Part shown: positions 57,180 through 64,000 of the stretch, piece by piece
Numbering within the stretch: the stretch's first letter is position 1
How the letters are laid out: each line of letters begins with the position of its first letter
NCBI GenBank assembly: GCA_964416765.1
Contig: CAYQEU010000002.1
Coordinates: 78,877-142,876, forward strand
Length of the DNA: 64,000 bases
Direction of reading: 5' to 3'
From: an uncultured Candidatus Saccharibacteria bacterium
Lineage (GTDB): Bacteria > Patescibacteriota > Doudnabacteria > UBA920
Notes under the pieces: generated by a model
Databases searched by the model: none
What the model saw: the letters and a program-made list of their open reading frames with translations, nothing else
What the model was told of the DNA's origin: nothing
Made by a program: the position numbers and the translations under genes

Positions 57180-58556
57180 ATGAACAATCAGCAACTTTGG
57201 CAGGCAATATTAGGCAATTTAGAGGTTTCCCTCAGCCGCGCAAACTTCAATACATGGTTTAAAAACACCACTATTGTCGAGCGAGGAGAGTCTCACATTG
57301 TCGTAGGGGTGCCTACCGCGTTTACCCAGGATTGGATTTCCAAAAAGTATCACCAGGACCTCCTTAAGGCATTAAAAAACATTGCCCCCGAGATCAGGGA
57401 AATCAAATACCAGGTAGGACAGCAGCCCAAGGAAGGGTCGGCAACACCACCCAGCATGGAACGACCACCGGTTAAAGCACCAGCAGCGTCCAGCGTCAGC
57501 CAACACCCGGCCAACGTTCACGCCGCTACCGCTATTTCCGGCAACCTCAATCCCAAATACACTTTTGAAACTTTTGTTATCGGGAAGAATAACGAATTAG
57601 CCCATGCGGCCAGCGTCGCCGTGGCGAAGAACCCGGGCAGCCAGTACAACCCGCTATTTATTTACGGTGGTGTGGGATTAGGCAAAACTCACCTGATGCA
57701 TGCCGTGGGCTGCAAACTTCTTCACGACAACCCCGGGGCAAAAGTTTTGTACGTTACCAGCGAGAAATTCACCAACGGTTACATTAGCGCCATCCAAAAC
57801 AAGCGCATGGAAGCGTTCAAACACCAGTACCGTACCGTGGACATGCTGCTTATCGACGATATTCAGTTCCTATCCAACAAGGAGGGGACCCAGGAAGAAT
57901 TCTTCCATACCTTTAATGAGTTGCGTGACCGGGGAAAGCAAATCATTCTGACTTCCGACCGTTTGCCAAAAGAAATTCCCGCCATCGAACAACGTTTAGT
58001 TTCCCGGTTTGAGTGGGGGATGGTCGCTGATATTCAGCCGCCGGATTTGGAAACCCGTCTGGCCATTTTACGAAAAAAACTGGCGAAGCTTGGGTTTGAA
58101 CTGAACGAAGATGTTTTGTACTACATTGCCGAGAATGTAATTAGTAACATCCGCGAACTGGAAGGGGTACTAAACGGACTAGTCGTCTATAAACAGATGG
58201 GCCGCCCCATAACCACTGAGCAGGCGGAAAAGATAATAGCGGGAATGGTTAACTCGAAGAAGAAAATCCTGAGCCTAAAAAAGATTGCCCAGTCAGTTGC
58301 GGAATTCTACCATATCAGCGAAGATGACCTACTAAAGCAATCGCGCCGCAAAGAGTTCGTTAATCCTAGGCAAATAGCCATGTATTTGGCCCGGAAAGAA
58401 ATGAAATCCTCCTTCCCGGCAATCGGCGAGTTCTTTGGGGGGAGAGACCACACCACGGTAATGCACGGGGTAGAGAAGGTAGAAAAGATGGTTGGAAGCA
58501 TCCCAAACATGAAACAGGAAGTTAATCTGATTATGGATAAGCTGTATACAACTTAA
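57180..58556 (+). CDS. dnaA: chromosomal replication initiator DnaA
   Basis: 458 aa with an AAA+ domain (GGVGLGKTHL Walker A) and a C-terminal DNA-binding domain. Confidence 0.97.
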   Translation: MNNQQLWQAILGNLEVSLSRANFNTWFKNTTIVERGESHIVVGVPTAFTQDWISKKYHQDLLKALKNIAPEIREIKYQVGQQPKEGSATPPSMERPPVKAPAASSVSQHPANVHAATAISGNLNPKYTFETFVIGKNNELAHAASVAVAKNPGSQYNPLFIYGGVGLGKTHLMHAVGCKLLHDNPGAKVLYVTSEKFTNGYISAIQNKRMEAFKHQYRTVDMLLIDDIQFLSNKEGTQEEFFHTFNELRDRGKQIILTSDRLPKEIPAIEQRLVSRFEWGMVADIQPPDLETRLAILRKKLAKLGFELNEDVLYYIAENVISNIRELEGVLNGLVVYKQMGRPITTEQAEKIIAGMVNSKKKILSLKKIAQSVAEFYHISEDDLLKQSRRKEFVNPRQIAMYLARKEMKSSFPAIGEFFGGRDHTTVMHGVEKVEKMVGSIPNMKQEVNLIMDKLYTT

Positions 58557-58766
58557 GGATAACTAGTGGGATAAGTAAGGGATAAGAACCAGGGGAAAGT
58601 GGAGAAGTAAGGCGGTAAATTTTCCGCGGTAAAGTTATGAAATGTTTTCCTATAAGCTATCCACACCGTCTTAGAGCCATAACTCGTTTAATAAAGACAA
58701 GTTATCGTAGCTGTACACAAACCCACAACACTTATTACCACTAATTCTTTATTTAATTAAAAACTA
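58557..58766. other. dnaA-dnaN spacer with DnaA-box-like repeats and an AT-rich element that may be the DNA-unwinding element
   Basis: GGATAA half-boxes occur three times between 58557 and 58592. ctatccaca lies at 58657-65. An AT-rich stretch ttctttatttaattaaaaacta lies at 58745-66. Confidence 0.6.
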
Positions 58767-59861
58767 ATGAGAGTAATCTGTACTCAGGAAAATTTAAAGG
58801 CAGCCCTCCAGACAGCGTCTAGGATAATCTCGTCTTCCTCGACCCTACCCGTACTGAACAACGTTCTCCTGAAAACAGAGAATGGACAGCTTAAGGTATC
58901 CGCCACGAATTTAGAAATCGGCATCAATACCTATACTCGCTGCAAGATTGAAAGCCAGGGTGAAGTATGTTTACACGCAAAAACCTTGCTTGAAGTTGTA
59001 AACAACCTGCCTAACCAAAACATCACCATAGCGACAGAAGAAAATGGCATCCTTCTGAGCACAGAAAACTACAGCACTAAACTAAAAGACTTTCCCAGTG
59101 AAGAGTTTCCTGCTATCCCGGAGATAGATTTGCCGGCCACTCTCAAACTTTCAGCTTCCAGCTTCAAATCAGGAATTGATTCCATAATATTCGCGGCTTC
59201 GACTTCCGAGACCCAGCCTGAGATCTCTGGTTTGTACTTCCATCTTGAAGAAAATTGTCTAACCATGACCGCAACTGACCGTTACCGGCTGGCGGAATTA
59301 AAAATACCGGGGAAGTTCCCGGCACAAAAACCAATCATCATTCCCCACCGCGCAGCTTTGGAGATTTCCCGTGTTTTGACTTCTAGGACTGGTGATACTG
59401 AAATATTCCTTAGCGCTAACCAGGCAGCGGTAAGGATTGATGACACCGAGGTTGTGACGCGCCTGATTGATGGTCAATACCCCGAATATACCCACATTAT
59501 CCCAACCCAATTCAACACCAACATCAGCGTACACAGGGGCGAGTTGGTTAACGCCGTTAAGACCGCGGGCATTTTTTCCCAGAGCACCGGCAGTATTATC
59601 ATGGAATACAGCTCAGAATCACAGGAGTTGAAGATATCGGCGGCTTCCCATGACTTAGGCGAGAGCGTCGCTCGCCTGTCGGGAGCGGTTGAAGGTGAAC
59701 CCGGAACGGTATATCTGAATTATCGCTATATCCTTGACTGTCTTAACGGGATGGTCGCGGAACACGTGAACGTAAGGGTTGTCGACGACAGTGCCCCGGT
59801 AATCATCCAGGAAGTGGACAAGCAGAATTATATTTATTTGATAATGCCAATTAAGAGCTAA
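58767..59861 (+). CDS. dnaN: DNA polymerase III beta sliding clamp
   Basis: 364 aa with a three-domain clamp. Its position directly after dnaA supports the call. Confidence 0.93.
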   Translation: MRVICTQENLKAALQTASRIISSSSTLPVLNNVLLKTENGQLKVSATNLEIGINTYTRCKIESQGEVCLHAKTLLEVVNNLPNQNITIATEENGILLSTENYSTKLKDFPSEEFPAIPEIDLPATLKLSASSFKSGIDSIIFAASTSETQPEISGLYFHLEENCLTMTATDRYRLAELKIPGKFPAQKPIIIPHRAALEISRVLTSRTGDTEIFLSANQAAVRIDDTEVVTRLIDGQYPEYTHIIPTQFNTNISVHRGELVNAVKTAGIFSQSTGSIIMEYSSESQELKISAASHDLGESVARLSGAVEGEPGTVYLNYRYILDCLNGMVAEHVNVRVVDDSAPVIIQEVDKQNYIYLIMPIKS

Positions 59862-59865
59862 ACCC

Positions 59866-60939
59866 ATGCGCGTAAAGAATATTGAGATTAAGAACTTCCG
59901 TAATTACCCAGACCTGGATCTTAAGATTACCAGCGACATGGTAATCCTTTCCGGCCCCAATGCAGTGGGTAAAACCAACCTGTTGGAGTCCGTGTATTTT
60001 GCCTCGTTATTTAAGTCGTTCCGTGATGACGCGGAATTTATATTCCTGAAAGGGACGGATAGCGCTGAGATTAGAATGGCCGTGGAAAGGAAAGGCGAGG
60101 AGCATGTTATTGAAATATTCCTCCAGAAAGGAGATAAGATATTCGCCAATTTTAAAATTGACGGCGTGAAGAAAAAACGCAAAGAGGCCCAGGGTTATTT
60201 GCGTGTTGTAATTTTCGAACCTTCTGATGTTGATATATTTACCAAGAGTCCTGACGCGCGTCGCAAGTACCTGAATATGGTATTAGCGCAAAAGAACCCC
60301 TTGTACCTGGAGAACCTGACCCAGTACAAGAAGGTACTGACCCAAAAAAACAAATTACTGCAAAGTGGTAATGACCAGGGCGGCAAAGGACTCGACTCGT
60401 GGAACGAACAGCTGGTGGATTTTGGAAGCAAAATAATTTTTGAACGCCGAAATTTCTTCAATTTTATAAATCATAATATCACGGAAGTTTACGCGGCGAT
60501 CTCCAAGTTCCAGCGTCCGGTCGAAGCCGTTTATGAATCTACCGCCGGTGAGACAGTTGAAGAGATCGCGGAAAATTTTAGAGCCCGCCTGGAGCAGGTG
60601 GCGCAAAAGGAAAAGATGGTCGCCATGTCCTTGGTGGGACCACACCGCGACGATTTCTATTTGCAAAGCGACGGTTTATTCCTGGCACCCTTCTCCTCCC
60701 GCGGCGAACAGCGCAGTCAAATTCTGGCGTTAAAAATAATGGAGCTGGAATATCTGATCGACGAAGGAGATAAGCCGATCCTGCTCCTCGACGACGTTCT
60801 TTCCGAGCTGGACGAAACCCGCCGCACATTTTTCCTGAAGTACTTGCAGGGCAAATTCCAGGCCTTCATAACCACCACCCACCCTTTGGAAATGGTGGGA
60901 CAACACGTAACCTTGACCCCAACAAGCCAGGCTGAATAG
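59866..60939 (+). CDS. recF: DNA replication and repair protein RecF
   Basis: 357 aa with Walker A GPNAVGKTN and an SMC-like signature, placed after dnaN. Confidence 0.93.
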   Translation: MRVKNIEIKNFRNYPDLDLKITSDMVILSGPNAVGKTNLLESVYFASLFKSFRDDAEFIFLKGTDSAEIRMAVERKGEEHVIEIFLQKGDKIFANFKIDGVKKKRKEAQGYLRVVIFEPSDVDIFTKSPDARRKYLNMVLAQKNPLYLENLTQYKKVLTQKNKLLQSGNDQGGKGLDSWNEQLVDFGSKIIFERRNFFNFINHNITEVYAAISKFQRPVEAVYESTAGETVEEIAENFRARLEQVAQKEKMVAMSLVGPHRDDFYLQSDGLFLAPFSSRGEQRSQILALKIMELEYLIDEGDKPILLLDDVLSELDETRRTFFLKYLQGKFQAFITTTHPLEMVGQHVTLTPTSQAE

Positions 60940-61043
60940 CCCGGCTTGTTTAATTTTGGACTTCAAGGTGGTATAATTAAGCCAAGAAAGAATATAGGTC
61001 CTGGTCGATACCTATCAGTATAATTTTAGAAAGAAACCTTAAA

Positions 61044-61415
61044 ATGACTAAGAATATCTTGTACGTTTTGGGTGCTGTCTTTATTATCATTGGGATCCTG
61101 GGATTCTTTAACAATCCAATTCTTGGTATCTTCCAAGTTAATTTAGTACACAACCTGATTCACTTAGCTTCTGGTGTGTTGGCTTTCATCTTTGCTGGTC
61201 GCAGCGAATCCGAAGCCCGCACTTTCTCGTTGGTCTTGGGTGTAGTTTACCTTTTGGTAACCGTTCTCGGTTTCATCCAGGGCAGCGGCAACCTGCTTGG
61301 AATTGTGGCAATCAACACTGCTGACAATTTCTTGCACTTGGTTTTGGCCATAGTTTTCTTGGCACTCGGTTTAATGAAACCGGCTACCAGCATGGCTTCT
61401 ACCAGCCAGATGTAA
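61044..61415 (+). CDS. DUF4383-family small membrane protein
   Basis: 123 aa with two internal repeats that contain the HLxxG motif. Confidence 0.65.
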   Translation: MTKNILYVLGAVFIIIGILGFFNNPILGIFQVNLVHNLIHLASGVLAFIFAGRSESEARTFSLVLGVVYLLVTVLGFIQGSGNLLGIVAINTADNFLHLVLAIVFLALGLMKPATSMASTSQM

Positions 61416-61424
61416 AATAAAAAA

Positions 61425-61495
61425 ACAAACATATTAAAAAGGATCCCGGGCTTCATAGTTTAGGATCCTTTTTAATATGTTTGTTTATAGGTATT
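61425..61495. terminator. long near-perfect inverted repeat acting as a bidirectional terminator between convergent genes
   Basis: aacaaacatattaaaaaggatcc … ggatcctttttaatatgtttgtt forms a stem of about 23 bp. Confidence 0.7.
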
Positions 61496-62570
61496 GTTCC
61501 AGGTCGGGATTGTTTTCCAGTTGCGCGATAATTTCTTTGACTTCCTCGGCGCTGTCTTTATCGGCCACCAGTACTGCTTCATCAGTAACTACTACTATTA
61601 GATTTTTGGTTTTTACGGCTGCTAACAAGATTTGGTCAGAAAAGTTGTAGAACAAACCGTTTTCATTTTCATGGTGAAGGGTTTTTCCTTTACTAAGGTT
61701 CTCTCCGTGCTCCGATAGAACATCTTTGATGATTTTCCATGAACCAATATCAGCCCATTCAAAATCTCCCTCCAGGGCGAGGACGTTGCCGGTCAGTTTT
61801 TCAAGCAATCCCTGTTCAATGTCGAGCTTCGGCATTTTAGGATACCATTCGTTGATGGCGTCTTGTTGTTTGTCGGTGTCGAGATGCGGTTTGATCTGCA
61901 TCAGGATTTCATAAATCTCCGGTAAGTGTTCCTGGTAAAGATTGAGGAGAGTTGAGGCTTTCCAGACAAAATAGCCGCTGTTCCACAAGTACTTGCCGCT
62001 GTTGAGGAACTGCTGTGCTGTTTCGCGGTTTGGCTTTTCCTTGAAACTGGCCAGGTCGAACAGGGGGAGTCCCTCGCTATTTTCTTTAGGATTGCCCTTT
62101 TCAATGTAGCCAAGGCCAGTATGGGGTTCCGTGGGCTTTACTCCCACGGTTATGGTAAATTCAGGGTTGTCCTGCAGGAACTGCTCCAGCTGGCTCATAA
62201 GGCGCTCAAAGTAGCCTGGGGCGCTTTTAATTGAGTGGTCACTCCACATGCACATGAACATGGCCTCAGGGTCGTGGTGGTGCATAATAAGGGCGGCCAG
62301 CCCGATGGCTGGAGCGCGGCCACGCAGTACCGGTTCAATGGAGTAGTTCTCTTTGGGGATTTCGGGAAGCTGGGCCTTGATCGCTTCTTCATAGCTGCTT
62401 CCGGTGCCAACATAGACATTTTCCGGCTTTGTCCATTGGCGGCAGCGTTCAAAGGTGTTCTGCAGCAAAGTTTTATCGCCGACCATCTTAAGTAGTTGTT
62501 TCGGTTTGGATTTGCGGCTGGCTGGCCAGAGCCTGGTGCCGGTACCGCCCGCCATAATCAAGATATTCAT
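61485..62570 (-). CDS. manC: mannose-1-phosphate guanylyltransferase / sugar-phosphate nucleotidyltransferase
   Basis: 361 aa. ILIMAGGTGTRLWPASRKSKPKQLL is the GDP-mannose pyrophosphorylase N-terminal signature. Confidence 0.85.
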   Translation of the reverse strand: MNILIMAGGTGTRLWPASRKSKPKQLLKMVGDKTLLQNTFERCRQWTKPENVYVGTGSSYEEAIKAQLPEIPKENYSIEPVLRGRAPAIGLAALIMHHHDPEAMFMCMWSDHSIKSAPGYFERLMSQLEQFLQDNPEFTITVGVKPTEPHTGLGYIEKGNPKENSEGLPLFDLASFKEKPNRETAQQFLNSGKYLWNSGYFVWKASTLLNLYQEHLPEIYEILMQIKPHLDTDKQQDAINEWYPKMPKLDIEQGLLEKLTGNVLALEGDFEWADIGSWKIIKDVLSEHGENLSKGKTLHHENENGLFYNFSDQILLAAVKTKNLIVVVTDEAVLVADKDSAEEVKEIIAQLENNPDLEQYL

Positions 62571-62571
62571 G

Positions 62572-63120
62572 TTATGGTTCCTGTTTAATTAGTCCGGGTT
62601 CGTGGCTGGCGCGTTCGTACAGCTCCAGGATTAATTTGGTGATTTCGCCCGGGTTGGGGACATTTTCAAAATCAAAACGCTCGCGGGCGCCGGCGGTCTG
62701 GATGTAAACGTTGCCGTAATCAAAAATGTGACCCAAGAACCCTTTGACTTCGCTGGTTACGTCTTCAATTTTTTCCATGTTCAGTTCGGAAACAGTGTGG
62801 TTAAAAAGCCCTTGCTGGTCCACATCCACAATTCGTTCATTAGTGACAATATACATGTTCAAATAATAGAGCACCCAGATGATAAACAGGCTGGTAATCA
62901 GGAAGAGCAAGTACAACTGGATTAAGACATCAATAACTTTTCCGCCAATGCCATCCAGGATATCAGGGCCCAACTGCGGAAGGAAATTTTGCGCGATCAT
63001 AAACAGGACAACCAAAACCAACCAGATCAAAACCCTCTTCGCTAAAATTACCCAGTGCTGGCGCACAACCAGGTAAATTGATTCATTGGACTGTTGTCCG
63101 GGGAATAAGTACCTTCGCAT
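62572..63120 (-). CDS. bacterial PH-domain (bPH_2, YdbS/YdbT-like) membrane protein
   Basis: 182 aa with two TM helices followed by a PH-like domain. Confidence 0.6.
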   Translation of the reverse strand: MRRYLFPGQQSNESIYLVVRQHWVILAKRVLIWLVLVVLFMIAQNFLPQLGPDILDGIGGKVIDVLIQLYLLFLITSLFIIWVLYYLNMYIVTNERIVDVDQQGLFNHTVSELNMEKIEDVTSEVKGFLGHIFDYGNVYIQTAGARERFDFENVPNPGEITKLILELYERASHEPGLIKQEP

Positions 63121-63124
63121 AGTA

Positions 63125-63331
63125 TTAGATTGAATGCAGCAAGGTCAATGCCCGGCCGCTGATGGTTAAGAACATAAAAGCAAACAGGACGCTGGCGATT
63201 ACGGCGATAATCGGGCTTCTGCCATAGCGGATAAATATGTATGCCGTGAAAGCCCCCAGAAAGGCCAGCACTGCCGATACAAGGTAGAAGATCGCGGATG
63301 CCGCGTAAGCGATGACTTGGTTTGTCTCCAT
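63125..63331 (-). CDS. small two-TM membrane protein, hypothetical
   Basis: 68 aa and strongly hydrophobic. Confidence 0.4.
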   Translation of the reverse strand: METNQVIAYAASAIFYLVSAVLAFLGAFTAYIFIRYGRSPIIAVIASVLFAFMFLTISGRALTLLHSI

Positions 63332-63338
63332 ATGGTTA

Positions 63339-64000
63339 TTAAAAAATTGTTGCTTGGTGGTTATCTTTTGGTTCCGCTCCCAAATGCTTGTAAGCGTGCT
63401 CAGTCAATTGACGCCCCTTGGGGGTTCGCATGAGCAAGCCGGAACGGATCAGAAATGGTTCGTACACGTCAGCAATAGTGTCTTGCTCTTCTCCCGTAGC
63501 GGCGGCCAGAGTGTTTAATCCCACGGGGTTGCCGCTGAATTTGTGCAAAAGGATTTCCAGGATCTTCCGGTCATTCTTATCCAGGCCGAGTTCGTCAATT
63601 TCCAAAAGTTTGAGAGCATTATGGACGGTTTGAAGCGAGATGCTTTCTTCTTCATTTACCTGCGCGAAATCGCGGACGCGCTTGAGCAGGCGGTTGGCGA
63701 TTCGGGGAGTAAAGCGGCTGCGGCGCGCCAATTCCAGGCTGGCTTCCTCATCAATTCCGCTCTTAATAATCTTAGCAGAACGGCGGATAATTTTTTCCAG
63801 TTCTTCCGCCTCGTAGTAATCGAGATGATAAATTAACCCGAACCGGTCGCGCAGGGGAGCGGAGAGCATGCCGATTCTGGTAGTAGCCCCAATTAAAGTA
63901 AACTTGGGGAGTTCCATGCGCACACTGCGGGCACCCGGCCCCTTGCCCAGCATGATATCAAGCACGCCATCTTCCATGGCTGGGTACAAAATTTCTTCCA
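63339..64000 (-). CDS. ruvB: Holliday junction branch-migration helicase RuvB (partial, N-terminus outside the window)
   Basis: The C-terminal AAA+ lid and winged-helix domains (…[20 protein letters not shown]…) are visible. Confidence 0.9.
   Translation of the reverse strand, partial: EEILYPAMEDGVLDIMLGKGPGARSVRMELPKFTLIGATTRIGMLSAPLRDRFGLIYHLDYYEAEELEKIIRRSAKIIKSGIDEEASLELARRSRFTPRIANRLLKRVRDFAQVNEEESISLQTVHNALKLLEIDELGLDKNDRKILEILLHKFSGNPVGLNTLAAATGEEQDTIADVYEPFLIRSGLLMRTPKGRQLTEHAYKHLGAEPKDNHQATIF

Noticed and set aside
1-64000. CRISPR arrays, IS elements, transposases and integrases
   Set aside because: I saw no regularly spaced direct repeats with unique spacers. No ORF translation showed DDE transposase or tyrosine/serine recombinase motifs.

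Overview
This window reads as a core chromosomal segment from a small-genome bacterium (about 50% GC, compact genes, many tRNAs) and spans the replication origin. The origin is marked by rpmH-rnpA-yidD-yidC-jag on the minus strand facing dnaA-dnaN-recF on the plus strand, with DnaA-box clusters in both flanking spacers. Housekeeping genes include galU, comM, lspA, recA, a rodZ-like gene, ftsK, rnhB, rlmH, infB, rbfA, nrnA, rpsA, gyrA, rsmI, yebC, ruvC, tyrS, a PBP1A gene and part of ruvB. There are 12 tRNA genes, among them a Gly/Phe/Val/Leu cluster, two tRNA-Ala genes and a tRNA-Ile with anticodon UAU. The clearest accessory element is an AT-rich island of about 4.3 kb next to tRNA-Ser. It carries a Type III restriction-modification system (mod and res) and a small excisionase-family HTH gene preceded by a tandem GTATAC palindrome. 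The candidates I would look at first for undescribed biology are: (1) a four-gene operon flanked by tRNAs that encodes a lipoprotein, a DUF475/TerC-like membrane protein, a small acidic protein and an atypical kinase-like protein; (2) a 753-aa protein that fuses a DnaQ-like exonuclease to a large unknown C-terminal domain, followed by about 700 bp of AT-rich non-coding DNA; (3) several tRNA 3'-end fragments and att-like repeats, including a chimeric pseudo-tRNA beside recA; (4) an operon of a putative ECF S-component, a CofE-like protein, a DHFR-like protein and a hypothetical protein; (5) a 48-codon acidic micro-ORF with its own Shine-Dalgarno and terminator; (6) an infB that appears leaderless behind a consensus promoter. 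All calls rest on reading the translations and the DNA by eye; no searches were run.
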